Counted from the first letter of the stretch, positions 10,305-20,561 are shown. The stretch is DNA of 59,206 nt from Bacteroidota bacterium (GCA_025350595.1 JANXXP010000353.1:1-59206), one strand, 5' to 3'. Numbers and translations are program-made. The notes: generated by a model from the sequence alone, not told the origin.

Positions 10305-11528
10305 TCAGAATGCAGAGATAAGAAGATCGAGATCTTTTGAAATTATCCCAAATTTCTGACCCAGAGTTTCATTGGTGAGCATACCGTTAAACAAATAAGC
10401 CCCATTTCGTACTCCCAGATCGTTTTTCAGCAACTGGGTAATTCCTCCGGCATCAGCCATACTCTGAAGCAGAGGAGTAAAAACATTACTCAGGGCAATT
10501 GATGCCGTTCGTGCCACGCGGGAAGGAAGATTCCATGCCGAAAAATGAATAACGCCATGCTTCTCATAAACAGGATCAAGCATAGCACGACATTCTGTAG
10601 TTTCAATACATCCGCCACGGTCAATACTCAGGTCTATTACAACAGCTCCTTTTTTCATACTGCGAACCATATCTTCTGTTATATAATACCAGGGACGCAG
10701 ATCTTCAAGTTCAATTGCACCTATAAGCACATCAGCTGACTTAAGAGCTTTCATTAAGACCTGAGGATGGAATACTGATGTCTGAAGACGCTGGCCCAGA
10801 AGGTTCTGGAATCTTCTTAACCTGTGAAGTGAATTATCAAATATTTTAACCGTTGAACCAAGTCCGATAGCAGCTCTGGCTGCATATTCACCGGCAGTAT
10901 TAGCTCCTATAATTACGACTTCTGTTGGCGTAACTCCTGTAATCCCACCGAGCATCACTCCCTTTCCTCCGTGCATATTACTCAGATATTCTGATGCAAC
11001 AAGAAGGGAAGTTACACCACATATTTCGCTCATCGATTCTACAACAGGCATTACACCGTTATTGTCACGTATTTTTTCAAATGCTATAGCGGTAACTTTT
11101 TTCCTTATAAGCTTACTCAGGGTTTCTTCACTGAAATTAAGGACATTAAGATAGGATATCACTACCTGGTTGCCTTTAAGATATTCAGTATCTTTTTCTG
11201 AAAATGGTGCTACCTTGATTACTGCATCGGCACTGTAAACTCTTGCAGGAGAGTCGCTTATCACAGCTCCATTCTCACTGTAATCGTTATCAGTGTAATT
11301 GGCCCCCAGTCCGGCCCCTGTCTGAACTATAACCTCATTGCCACTTTCAACCAGAAGGTTAATTGCTTCCGGGGTCAGAGAAACCCTTTTTTCCTCATCT
11401 TTATTATCGCTGGGGATCCCAATTGTAATCCTCTTGTTCTTAACAGCTGTCTCCAGATGTTCTTCTTTTGGCATAAAAGCAGTATTGCCAAAATTAACTT
11501 TTCCGCTATTGCCCTTTTCGTTCATCAT
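10305..11528 (-). CDS. ald: Alanine dehydrogenase-like protein (AlaDh/PNT family)
   Basis: EKRVSLTP, GAGLGA, MSEICG, GKGVMLGGITGV, IDLSIDRGGCIET, NLPSRVARTAS; some catalytic positions diverged. Confidence 0.75.
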   Translation of the reverse strand: MMNEKGNSGKVNFGNTAFMPKEEHLETAVKNKRITIGIPSDNKDEEKRVSLTPEAINLLVESGNEVIVQTGAGLGANYTDNDYSENGAVISDSPARVYSADAVIKVAPFSEKDTEYLKGNQVVISYLNVLNFSEETLSKLIRKKVTAIAFEKIRDNNGVMPVVESMSEICGVTSLLVASEYLSNMHGGKGVMLGGITGVTPTEVVIIGANTAGEYAARAAIGLGSTVKIFDNSLHRLRRFQNLLGQRLQTSVFHPQVLMKALKSADVLIGAIELEDLRPWYYITEDMVRSMKKGAVVIDLSIDRGGCIETTECRAMLDPVYEKHGVIHFSAWNLPSRVARTASIALSNVFTPLLQSMADAGGITQLLKNDLGVRNGAYLFNGMLTNETLGQKFGIISKDLDLLISAF

Positions 11529-11589
11529 TAGGAAGGGGATATTTTTTCAAAGGTAGAAAATTTGCAAGAAGCTACAAAAAAAGATATCG

Positions 11590-12003
11590 TTATGATACCT
11601 CAAGAATTCTATGTTCCTGCTCGTCAACAGTAATTCTGATATTAAGTGTTCCGGGTGGCAGTATTTCTTCAACAAGTTCCGGCCACTCCATAAAACAGTA
11701 AGAGTCGCCTGTAAGATATTCCTCAACACCGAAGTCAAACACCTCTTCCTGTTTTTTTATTCTGTAGAAATCAATATGATATATAGATTCTCCTGTTGAG
11801 GTTTTGTATTCATTTACGAGAGTGAAGGTTGGACTGCTTGCAATATCGATTGCCCCGAGTTCTTCACAGATTACCTTTATAATTGTTGTTTTGCCTGCAC
11901 CCATGGATCCGTAAAAGGCAAATATTTTATTATCTCCGGCATAAGTCAGAAGCTTTTTAACAGCTGAGTGTAAATGGCTTTTATCCTTAATTAGTATCTT
12001 CAT
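11590..12003 (-). CDS. tsaE: tRNA t6A biosynthesis ATPase TsaE
   Basis: GSMGAGKTT P-loop, SSPTFTLVNEY, YHIDFYRI, MEWPE. Confidence 0.97.
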   Translation of the reverse strand: MKILIKDKSHLHSAVKKLLTYAGDNKIFAFYGSMGAGKTTIIKVICEELGAIDIASSPTFTLVNEYKTSTGESIYHIDFYRIKKQEEVFDFGVEEYLTGDSYCFMEWPELVEEILPPGTLNIRITVDEQEHRILEVS

Positions 12004-12021
12004 AATTGTGGAAAAAATCTT

Positions 12022-13575
12022 TTATACCGGTTCAATTAATGCAACAGGCAACATAATCTCCTGCATTGAAATTCCACCATGCTGGAAAGTATCCTTGTAA
12101 TAGCTCGCGTAATGATTATAATTATTCTGATAAACCAGGTAATCTTTATTGAGAGCAAAAATATATCTCGAACTGATATTTGTTTTTGGTAACATGGCTT
12201 TTTCAGGATTAATCAACTCAAATACTTTTTTTGGATCGTAATCGAGGTTTCTACCCATTTTATACCTTAGGTTTGGTGATGTATTCCTGTCACCTACAAC
12301 TTTTACAGGATTCTGAACCCTTATTGTACCGTGGTCGGTACTGAATATTATTTTTACAGGATGTGAAGCCAGTGTTTTAAGTAATTCGAATAAGGTGGAA
12401 TGAAGAAACCATGATCGTGTCAGGCTTCTGTAGGCAGGTTCTTCGTTTGCAAGATCGCGGATAACCCCGCTTTCAGTTCTGGCATGCGATAGCATATCAA
12501 CAAAATTAAAAACAAGAATATTGATATCATTTACCAGCATTGTTCTCACTTTCTCATTTACCTTCTTGCCCTCGTTACTGTTGCTGATTTTATTATATGA
12601 CCATTTGTATTTCAGATTTTTACGTAAAAGCTGGTTCTTAAAAAGTTCTTCTTCGAAGATGTTCTTCCCTTCCTCTTCATCATCATTTATCCAGAATTGA
12701 GGCATTTTGGCTGCAATTTCTGAAGGCATAAATCCGGCAAAAATTGAATTGCGGCTGAATTGGGTTGAAGTGGGTAAGATACTGAAATAGACATCCTCTT
12801 CAACTATCCTGTAGAGCCCTGATAGCTCCGCAGAAATTGTTTTCCACTGATCAAACCTCATGTTATCGATCAGGATAAAAAACAGCGGCTTATGTTCTTG
12901 TACATGAGGGAATATTTTCTTTGTAAAGAGAGCAGGAGATATTAAAGGTTTGTTGTGATTTTCAGGCTTAAGCCAACCAAGATAATTTGTCATGATGAAT
13001 TTTGAAAATGAGTTATTGGCTTCATTTTCCTGTAATTTCAGTATCTCAGTCATTCCCGGATCAGTCGATTTTTCAAGTTCTGTTTCCCAGAAGACTAACT
13101 TTTTATATAGTTCTGTCCAATCGGAATAAGTTGAAGCTGTTGAGATCATATTGCTGATACGACTGAATTCCTGCCTGTAATCTGTAGTTGTTTTTTCAGT
13201 GATCAGTCTTCGCTGGTCAAGGATCTTTTTAATTGCCAGTAGTACCTGCTTCGGTTTTACTGGTTTTATCAGATAATCGGCTATCTCCGAACCAATAGCC
13301 GATTCCATTAATTCTTCCTCATCACTCTTGGTAATCATTACCACAGGAATATCTGTACGAACCTCTTTTATAAGCTTAAGAGTCTCAATTCCGCTTAATC
13401 CCGGCATATTCTCATCAAGAAAAATAAGATCGTAGCGGTTTTGCCTGACGAGATCAATAGTATCGTTTCCATTTGAACAGGTATCGATTTCATAACCCTT
13501 TTCTTCAAGGAAAATAATATGTGGTTTCAGCGCCTCAACTTCATCATCTGTCCAGAGGAGTCTTATTTTTCTCAT
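12022..13575 (-). CDS. porX: T9SS response regulator PorX (receiver + PglZ/alkaline-phosphatase domain)
   Basis: Receiver LWTDDE..FLDENMPG..MITKS..YLIKP; PglZ IDNMRFDQW, SILPTSTQFSRNSIF, NFVDMLSHART, TDHG, FQHGGIS; tsaE directly downstream. Confidence 0.92.
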   Translation of the reverse strand: MRKIRLLWTDDEVEALKPHIIFLEEKGYEIDTCSNGNDTIDLVRQNRYDLIFLDENMPGLSGIETLKLIKEVRTDIPVVMITKSDEEELMESAIGSEIADYLIKPVKPKQVLLAIKKILDQRRLITEKTTTDYRQEFSRISNMISTASTYSDWTELYKKLVFWETELEKSTDPGMTEILKLQENEANNSFSKFIMTNYLGWLKPENHNKPLISPALFTKKIFPHVQEHKPLFFILIDNMRFDQWKTISAELSGLYRIVEEDVYFSILPTSTQFSRNSIFAGFMPSEIAAKMPQFWINDDEEEGKNIFEEELFKNQLLRKNLKYKWSYNKISNSNEGKKVNEKVRTMLVNDINILVFNFVDMLSHARTESGVIRDLANEEPAYRSLTRSWFLHSTLFELLKTLASHPVKIIFSTDHGTIRVQNPVKVVGDRNTSPNLRYKMGRNLDYDPKKVFELINPEKAMLPKTNISSRYIFALNKDYLVYQNNYNHYASYYKDTFQHGGISMQEIMLPVALIEPV

Positions 13576-16226
13576 TTTAAATATTTTTCCCTGAAGAAAA
13601 TATTATACCGTTCAGGTTTTTTATCGTTGTTAAGGACTTTAAGATTTTCATTGTTTATTATGAATGACATCATTTTGGCTCCTGACGGATTTCTGACATA
13701 CTTTTCAACGAGAAAAGCTTTATAATATTCAAGGGTCTGTGCAAAATCAGAAAACCCCGAAACCGTTATCATTATATATTTATTATCAACCAGAATACCT
13801 TCTGTTTTGTAATTTTTATTGGTATAGTTATCAATATTATAGCTTATTACATCAAAACTAGCCTGGTTAATATTGAAAGCAGGATCAGGAATGATTAATA
13901 CAAATACGGGAATACCGGTTGTATCAACTTTATATAGCTCCTCTGCGATTTGTTTATCTTCTTCAACTTTTAATTCCGGAATTTTCTTATTAAGGAATGC
14001 TATTATTTCTTCAGCCTTTTTGCTTTCCGTTGTTTGTGGCCATGCTTTTATAAGACTGTTCAATTCTGCCTTAAATGTTCTTTCATCACTTACCCTGGCA
14101 ATAGTATAAGCGTGAAGAAGCAGAAATTTAGGAGCAAGAGGATCGAGAGGGTATTTTTTCAATCCCTCATCGCAAAGAGATGTTACGCTGCTAAAATTTT
14201 CGGCAAGATATGCTTTATAGGCCTCCTGGTAAAGATTTTCAGACATTTTCATATCAGCCATCTTTTTTTCGAAATAAGCAGGATCTGAAAGTATTCTGGA
14301 AAACTCACTTTCCGGATAATCTATTAGTAAGCGCTGTCGGTAAGATTCAGATTTCGTACTATTCCCCTCTTTATTTACTTTATAAAGATTATACAATGCT
14401 TCAGGGACAAGTTCGTTTTTTGGGAAACGGGTAATGAGTGATTCAAACGATTCAGTAGCTTTTGCCTGGTCAAGGATCTTCTCTGAATAAGCTTTCCCGG
14501 CGTTAAGCAATGCATTGGCTATCTTTTCGTTGGAAACAGCAATTAATGAATCATTTAGAGGAAGATTCCTGAGGTAGAATTCAGGTTTTTTGTAATCTAG
14601 CACAGCTTTGGAAGTATCGGAACTTTTCTGTAATGTTTCATCAGCCCCAGCCACTAACTGTGAAGGATTTACTTTTGTTTTGTTAGCTCTTCTCCAGTTA
14701 TCCTCCAGTTTTCTGTCTCCCCACCGTCTCCTGAATTCTGTACGACCAAAAGTAAGGGCTGCCTGATTATAGAAATACCATTTCCCTTCCTGATCAATAT
14801 TACCCTGAAACCGTCGCTCATTTTCATAAAACTGACCAAGATTTGATCTGTCGGCGTTGTTAGTCCTTTTTCCTTCGCTTTCCTCTTTAACTATTTTGGC
14901 TATAATATTTGATATCATAGCATTTCTTTCAGGCTCTGTCATTCGTGCCACTTTTTGCAGACTGTCCTGAGTCTGAATAACAATTAATTGTGAAACAAGA
15001 GAGTTAAGACTTTGCGATTTCGCTTTTAAGGAAATATAATCCGGGTGTTTCTGATCAAGAAAATAAACAGCACTGTCATAATATAATCCGGCTTTCATAT
15101 AGTCGGGTTTATCATAATAATGTCCGGCAAGAACCAGATAAGATCTCCCTTTTTGATTTGGATTAAGGGCAGCTGTTTTGACTGACTTCCTAAAAAAATC
15201 AAGAGCTTCTTTTTCGTTTTCTTCCTTCATCGACATATTCCCGAGAGCAAAATAGATCTGATCCTGAAAATCCTTGTTTTTGATATCCTTAAGCATTTTT
15301 TCAAGCTCCCTTCTTATCTGCTGAGGATTTTGTGTGTTCACATCAAAAACACCGGCAATGTTTATTCTCGCATTAAATTCAACATCATAGGGCGGGTTCA
15401 TTTTAACAACATCGCGGTATAGTGAAGAGGCCCTTGGCCCATCACCTGTCTTCTCATAAATCTGAGCAAGGAGGTAGGTTAGCCTGTATTTTGTCCTTTT
15501 GCCTGAAACAAGTTTTATTGATTTACTTAGAGGTTCTTTTGCTTCAGAATATCTTTTTTGTTTGATAAACAGATCAGTCATTGTAGTATAGTACATTGAT
15601 AACAAAGGCTTTGGAAGATCGGAGTTTGCTTTTAGATCACTAAGTATTCTCAACGACTCATTATAATTTCCTGTTTCACTGTAAATCCTTGCCATCCAGA
15701 TACCAGCTTCAATTTTAATTAAAACATCATTTGCCTGGGTTATGCAGTAATTAAAAATAGTTGTGGCCTCATTGAACTCGTGCTTATAGAAACGGGCTTT
15801 TGCGATAAGGAGGTAACTGTCATCCACCCATTCATTATACTCTTTCTTCTCAAGAAGCGCTTTCTCTTTTTCAGTAGGTTGTTTATTATTTTTGAATTCC
15901 GGTTTTGCAGTTATGGATTTCAAAGTAATTAGTTTTGAAGCTTTCTGTATTGCTCTTTCCATATCAGACGAACAGAGGGATGCAGTTGCAGGATCACTGG
16001 ACTCAAATACTCTTAGCAATTCTGCATAATCGTCCTTATAACCATTGTTTATTTTTACAATGCCAGCTTTAAAGCTCTCATAACCATTAAAATAGATATT
16101 GTATTTTGCGGTCATGCTATGATAAAACCGTGATGAGTCCGTGTTTTTTTCAACCGAACAGTTCGTCAGGATCAGGGCAAATCCTAATAACGCAAGATAT
16201 TTATATGATGCTATTTCTGAAGCCAA
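13572..16226 (-). CDS. sprE: TPR lipoprotein SprE/PorW (T9SS component)
   Basis: Lipobox LILTNC, RFYHSMTAKYNIYFNG, WVDDSYLLIAKARFY, WYFYNQ...EFRRRWGDRKLEDNWRR signature, TPR repeats. Confidence 0.85.
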   Translation of the reverse strand: MASEIASYKYLALLGFALILTNCSVEKNTDSSRFYHSMTAKYNIYFNGYESFKAGIVKINNGYKDDYAELLRVFESSDPATASLCSSDMERAIQKASKLITLKSITAKPEFKNNKQPTEKEKALLEKKEYNEWVDDSYLLIAKARFYKHEFNEATTIFNYCITQANDVLIKIEAGIWMARIYSETGNYNESLRILSDLKANSDLPKPLLSMYYTTMTDLFIKQKRYSEAKEPLSKSIKLVSGKRTKYRLTYLLAQIYEKTGDGPRASSLYRDVVKMNPPYDVEFNARINIAGVFDVNTQNPQQIRRELEKMLKDIKNKDFQDQIYFALGNMSMKEENEKEALDFFRKSVKTAALNPNQKGRSYLVLAGHYYDKPDYMKAGLYYDSAVYFLDQKHPDYISLKAKSQSLNSLVSQLIVIQTQDSLQKVARMTEPERNAMISNIIAKIVKEESEGKRTNNADRSNLGQFYENERRFQGNIDQEGKWYFYNQAALTFGRTEFRRRWGDRKLEDNWRRANKTKVNPSQLVAGADETLQKSSDTSKAVLDYKKPEFYLRNLPLNDSLIAVSNEKIANALLNAGKAYSEKILDQAKATESFESLITRFPKNELVPEALYNLYKVNKEGNSTKSESYRQRLLIDYPESEFSRILSDPAYFEKKMADMKMSENLYQEAYKAYLAENFSSVTSLCDEGLKKYPLDPLAPKFLLLHAYTIARVSDERTFKAELNSLIKAWPQTTESKKAEEIIAFLNKKIPELKVEEDKQIAEELYKVDTTGIPVFVLIIPDPAFNINQASFDVISYNIDNYTNKNYKTEGILVDNKYIMITVSGFSDFAQTLEYYKAFLVEKYVRNPSGAKMMSFIINNENLKVLNNDKKPERYNIFFREKYLK

Positions 16227-16306
16227 TAGATGACTATTAATACTATAACTGACTAAATTTGTGTATAGTATTTCAAAGGTAAATAAAATTGGGTTGAAGT
16301 CCTTTC

Positions 16307-16546
16307 TCAGGCTGAAATAACTCTCTTTATTTCGGGAACTTCCTTCATAATAGCCTGCTCAACTCCGGCTTTTAAGGTTTGCATGCTGTAAGGACATCCA
16401 TGACAAGCACCTGTAAGCTTTACTTTAACTGTCATATCTTCAGTTACATCAATCAGATCTATATCACCCCCGTCGGACTGAAGATAGGGTCTGACTTTTT
16501 CGAGCGCATTCTTAACACGGTCTTTAATACTTTTTGTCTCTGCCAT
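16307..16546 (-). CDS. NifU C-terminal-domain (Nfu) Fe-S carrier
   Basis: VRPYLQSDGGDI, GACHGCP CxxC, TLKAGVE. Confidence 0.93.
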   Translation of the reverse strand: MAETKSIKDRVKNALEKVRPYLQSDGGDIDLIDVTEDMTVKVKLTGACHGCPYSMQTLKAGVEQAIMKEVPEIKRVISA

Positions 16547-16556
16547 TTTTAATATT

Positions 16557-17660
16557 TTATTTATTTACTTGAAGTTTAACTGTTGGTTTTTGCTCTTTAT
16601 TCCTCTCATTAACACTTTTGATCAGCTCTTCTGCCAGTTTCAGAAATGCTGAACCGGTAACTGAATCATTCAATGCTACAGGCTCTCCATTATCACTTCC
16701 TTCACAGATGCTTTGAACCAATGGTATTTGACCGAGAAGAGGTACTTTCATTTTTTCAGCGAGCTTCTTGCCCCCTTCTTTACCAAAAATATAATACTTA
16801 TTGGAAGGGAGTTCAGCAGGAGTAAACCACGACATATTCTCGACAAGACCTAAAACCGGAACATTTATTTTCTCGCTTCGGAACATTGAAATTCCTTTTA
16901 TGGCATCAGCCAGGGCTACATCCTGAGGAGTAGTTACTACTATCGCTCCGGTAACCGGAACCTCTTGAACCAGTGTAAGATGAATATCGCTTGTTCCTGG
17001 AGGCAGATCAACGAGGAGGAAATCCAGAATACCCCATTCCCCCTGGGTAATAAGCTGCTTAAGAAAATTTGAAGCCATTGGACCTCTCCATATTACAGCT
17101 TCTGCAGGATCTACAAAGAATCCTGTTGAGAGCACCTTAACTCCATATTTCGTCAATGGGATAATAAAATCAGTATTGTTTTCCCTTTTTACTTCAGGTC
17201 TGTATTTTTCTTCATGAAACATTTTGGGAACGGATGGCCCATAGACATCAGCATCAAGAAGGCCCACACTATACCCCAGGCGGGCCAGAGATATTGCCAG
17301 ATTTACTGCTATTGTTGTCTTTCCAACACCTCCTTTTCCTGATGATACGGCAACAATATTTGTCACACCGGGTAATACCTCACGTTGTTTTTCCACTTGT
17401 TTCCCAACAATAATTTTAGGTAGAACCTTAATATCATTTATAACGGCATTTGGTCCGAGAACTTCTTTTAATGTCTTTACTATTGTGCTTTTTATTGAAG
17501 AAATAAACGGATCATTCGATTTTTCGGGAGTTATTGTCAGAGATATTCCATTATCGTCAGATATAATATCAGAGACTATTCCAAGTGCAACTATGTCTGT
17601 TCCCCTGCCCGGGTGGATTACTTTGGAAAGGGCTTTTAGAATCTGTTCTTTTGAATACAT
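16557..17660 (-). CDS. mrp: Mrp/NBP35 (ApbC) Fe-S cluster carrier ATPase
   Basis: SGKGGVGKTT, DADVYGPS, WRGPM, DLPPGTSD, TTPQDVA, VENMS. Confidence 0.95.
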   Translation of the reverse strand: MYSKEQILKALSKVIHPGRGTDIVALGIVSDIISDDNGISLTITPEKSNDPFISSIKSTIVKTLKEVLGPNAVINDIKVLPKIIVGKQVEKQREVLPGVTNIVAVSSGKGGVGKTTIAVNLAISLARLGYSVGLLDADVYGPSVPKMFHEEKYRPEVKRENNTDFIIPLTKYGVKVLSTGFFVDPAEAVIWRGPMASNFLKQLITQGEWGILDFLLVDLPPGTSDIHLTLVQEVPVTGAIVVTTPQDVALADAIKGISMFRSEKINVPVLGLVENMSWFTPAELPSNKYYIFGKEGGKKLAEKMKVPLLGQIPLVQSICEGSDNGEPVALNDSVTGSAFLKLAEELIKSVNERNKEQKPTVKLQVNK

Positions 17661-17789
17661 ATAACCCGCTATTTTTATTTAAATTAAATCTAAACAAGGT
17701 GCAATTTTAGTAATTTTACGGGAGACCGCAAAATAAGTTACCTCTAGTTTAAAAAAGGGAATTCTTTATTTTATTTTTTGAAGAATTTT

Positions 17790-17883
17790 ACCACGAATTT
17801 ACACGAAGTAACATTGTTCTGGTTCTAAATGGGAGACAAAACTCCGTGATTTCCTCCGTGATACTCTGTGTACCCCGGGGTTA
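17790..17883. repeat. Degenerate palindromic 10-bp-periodic repeat element
   Basis: CACGAA x2 (17792, 17802) facing CTCCGTG (17842, 17854) and CTCTGTG (17864). Confidence 0.5.
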
Positions 17884-17900
17884 TTATTTTAAAAGTAAAG

Positions 17901-18251
17901 TTATTGAAGTTCAGTGATAGGATCCCAGAACCTTTCACTGAAGTTAATGATTTTATCATCCCCGATAATAATTCCTTCGTTTTCCAATAGTTGGGCCATG
18001 GTAGATGAATTGCCAAAATGGTGTTTCCCGGTAAGCAGACCCTTTCGGTTAACAACTCTGTGAGCGGGTATAAAATCATTATTATTATGGCAGACATTGA
18101 GAGCCCAACCTACCATTCTGGCAGACCGGCCAGAACCAAGATACCTCGCAATAGCTCCGTAGGAAGTTATCCGGCCGAAAGGTATCAGCTTAGTAACTTC
18201 ATAAACATTCGAGAAAAAGTCGTTAGTCCTTTCTTCTTTTTTGTAGGGCAT
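17901..18251 (-). CDS. Alkyltransferase-like (ATL/MGMT family) DNA-binding protein
   Basis: IPFGRITSYGAIA, ARMVGWAL, and PAHRVV in place of catalytic PCHRV, so probably non-catalytic. Confidence 0.88.
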   Translation of the reverse strand: MPYKKEERTNDFFSNVYEVTKLIPFGRITSYGAIARYLGSGRSARMVGWALNVCHNNNDFIPAHRVVNRKGLLTGKHHFGNSSTMAQLLENEGIIIGDDKIINFSERFWDPITELQ

Positions 18252-18936
18252 CTTCGATAATCTTTTCTTTTTCCAGTCTGAAAGAGAGGTAGTTTATTTT
18301 TAATCCTTTGATTAGAAACAGTTTTTCATAATGTGTTTTTATCGAAAGAATTTTATCTGAAATATCTTGTGAATACAGGTCATTCGTAGCAGAGATAATA
18401 TTAAGCTCATTAGAACTGACGACAGTTTTAGTGTAGGCATACAACTCTGTATTATCTGTTTTGAGGTGAACTAATCCGTTGTTTTTCACGAACATACGAT
18501 AGATATTAAGAAACCTTGGGGAAGTAAGTCTTTTATCAGGGTTTTTTCCTCCGGGGTGAGGATCGGGGAATGTTATCCAGATTTCATCCACTTCATCATT
18601 TGAGAAGAAAGAGTTAATAAACTCAATTCTTGTGCGAAGAAATGCAATATTTGATAGTTTAAGTTCATTAGCTGTTTTCGCGCCCCGCCACATTCTTGCC
18701 CCCTTGATATCAATTCCGATAAAATTCCTTTCTGGATACGAGGTTGCCAATCCCACTGAATATTCCCCTTTTCCGCATCCAAGCTCAAGAACCAAAGGGT
18801 TATTATTTTTAAATATATCGTTATTCCACCTGCCTTTTAATGGATGGTCTTTGCCGGAAATATCTCCGATCTTTGGCTGGATTACATTATCGAACGACCC
18901 AAACTCAGTCCACCTGGCCAGTTTATTCTTTCCCAC
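18223..18936 (-). CDS. trmB: tRNA (guanine-N7)-methyltransferase
   Basis: LELGCGKGEY, GIDIKGARMW, ITFPDP, HLKTDN, KTHYE. Confidence 0.96.
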   Translation of the reverse strand: MGKNKLARWTEFGSFDNVIQPKIGDISGKDHPLKGRWNNDIFKNNNPLVLELGCGKGEYSVGLATSYPERNFIGIDIKGARMWRGAKTANELKLSNIAFLRTRIEFINSFFSNDEVDEIWITFPDPHPGGKNPDKRLTSPRFLNIYRMFVKNNGLVHLKTDNTELYAYTKTVVSSNELNIISATNDLYSQDISDKILSIKTHYEKLFLIKGLKINYLSFRLEKEKIIEDALQKRRKD

Positions 18937-18946
18937 TTTCCGAAAA

Positions 18947-19429
18947 TTATTTGCTGATCTTTTCTACTCTAACGCCTAAATCATAAACCCCATTCAGATT
19001 TTCAACACGCATCCCATGCTGAAATTTAAACTGATATATGCCTTTTACCGGGAAAAAGACATTTGATTTATACGGGAGATTAAGCGCATGAATATCTCCG
19101 AATCCTTTACCATACCATTTCCCTTTTTCATCTGCAAGATTATATTGCAGAGTATCAGTGATGACCTTCCCGTTTGGAGAGGTTGTTGAAACAAAGATGT
19201 AAATATTGCGAAATGGGTATGATGAGCCTGTTCTTATAGTAAAATAGACATTATTACTGTTTATGGTGTCAGTAACAGACATTCTGAATGTTGGGGTATT
19301 CATTAAATCCCAGGTTTTTTTTGGCATTGCCTGAGAATCGGTGTATACAACTTTGCTGTTACAGGATACCAGCAGTAAAAAAGATGTCAATATTATGAGT
19401 AATGAGGATCTATGGTTTCCTTTTATCAT
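18947..19429 (-). CDS. gldH: Gliding-motility-associated lipoprotein GldH
   Basis: Start moved to ATG 19429 (signal peptide with lipobox LLVSC); YPFRNIYI, DTLQYNLADEKGKWYGKG, QHGMR...GVYDLGVRVEK; follows the PSP1 gene. Confidence 0.88.
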   Translation of the reverse strand: MIKGNHRSSLLIILTSFLLLVSCNSKVVYTDSQAMPKKTWDLMNTPTFRMSVTDTINSNNVYFTIRTGSSYPFRNIYIFVSTTSPNGKVITDTLQYNLADEKGKWYGKGFGDIHALNLPYKSNVFFPVKGIYQFKFQHGMRVENLNGVYDLGVRVEKISK

Positions 19430-20561
19430 TGAACCTTCTGTTTTTTCTTTTATTCGGCGTGTTCTTATTTCTGCTTTTGGTATCAGGGGGATCAAACCGG
19501 GTGAGGCTGTTGTTCTTTAAGAGGTCCTGAGAAACCGGGGCAGGATTCCAGGAATCATCAATAACCTGAAGCCGGTCAACTTTTGTCCCTTTCCTGTTTA
19601 AAGCCTGAATCTCTTTTACTCTCTGAACCGTAAGAGGGATTAGATTAGCTGAGGAATGGGGATCAGTTGAATACCAGTAAATTCCTTTATGTATTTCCAT
19701 TTTATGAAACCATGCCGTACTGTCGAGTGCTTCCAGCGGAATATCTTTTGGGGGAAATCCCCTCTGTGCATCAACGTAACAATCGAGTTCAAAGTTAAGG
19801 CAGCATTTCAGTTTACTGCATTGTCCTGCAAGCTTCTGCGGATTAAGTGACAGCTCCTGATATTTGGCATGAGTTGTTGTAATAGAAATAAAATTAGTAA
19901 TATGCGTAGCACAGCAAAGTTCTCTTCCGCACGAAGAGATTCCGCCAATTCGTCCTGCTTCCTGACGTGCTCCAATCTGGCGCATCTCAATCCTCACTCT
20001 GAATTCATCAGCCAGCACCTTTATAAGCTGACGGAAATCTACTCTTTCGGTAGCAATGTAATAAAAGATAGCTTTTGTCTTATCGCCCTGATATTCTACA
20101 TCTCCGATTTTCATATTAAGTCGGAGTTCCTCCGAGATCTTTCTTGATCTAAGCATGGTAGGAGTCTCGAGTTTTTTTGCCTCTTCCCACTTTTGAATAT
20201 CAACAGCTTTTGCTTTCCGGTATACTTTTTTCAAATCCTCAGGTGATGGATGGGCTTTGAATTTTTTCAGTTGTTCATCGATAAGAGGACCAACCATCGA
20301 AACTCTGCCAATATCATGCCCGGGTGAAGCTTCAACAGCAACCACGTCGCCAATCTCAAACCTGATTCCATTTACGTTCTTGAAAAACCCTTTCCGGGTA
20401 TTTTTAAAACGGACTTCAATAATATCATTCTCTCCGGGAGGCTCGGATATATCCTTCAGCCAGTTGAATGAATCAAGTTTATTATATCCGGGTTTATATG
20501 TTATATCAGGCATCCGGGGCTCTTCCCCTGGTAATCCCTGATTATCTTCAGTATCTGCCAT
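19410..20561 (-). CDS. PSP1/RicT (YaaT) domain protein
   Basis: EVRFKNTRK, MKIGDVEYQGD, RVDFRQL, RIEMRQIGARQE, CGRELCC, KLAGQCSKLKCCLNFE. Confidence 0.92.
   Translation of the reverse strand: MADTEDNQGLPGEEPRMPDITYKPGYNKLDSFNWLKDISEPPGENDIIEVRFKNTRKGFFKNVNGIRFEIGDVVAVEASPGHDIGRVSMVGPLIDEQLKKFKAHPSPEDLKKVYRKAKAVDIQKWEEAKKLETPTMLRSRKISEELRLNMKIGDVEYQGDKTKAIFYYIATERVDFRQLIKVLADEFRVRIEMRQIGARQEAGRIGGISSCGRELCCATHITNFISITTTHAKYQELSLNPQKLAGQCSKLKCCLNFELDCYVDAQRGFPPKDIPLEALDSTAWFHKMEIHKGIYWYSTDPHSSANLIPLTVQRVKEIQALNRKGTKVDRLQVIDDSWNPAPVSQDLLKNNSLTRFDPPDTKSRNKNTPNKRKNRRFNDKRKP

Noticed and set aside
12022-13575. PglZ domain as a sign of a BREX defence system
   Set aside because: It is fused to a receiver domain and sits beside tsaE, the PorX arrangement; no brx/pglX genes are present
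18947-19429. gldH plus sprE as proof of gliding motility
   Set aside because: Both also occur in non-gliding Bacteroidales, and no motor or adhesin genes are in the window
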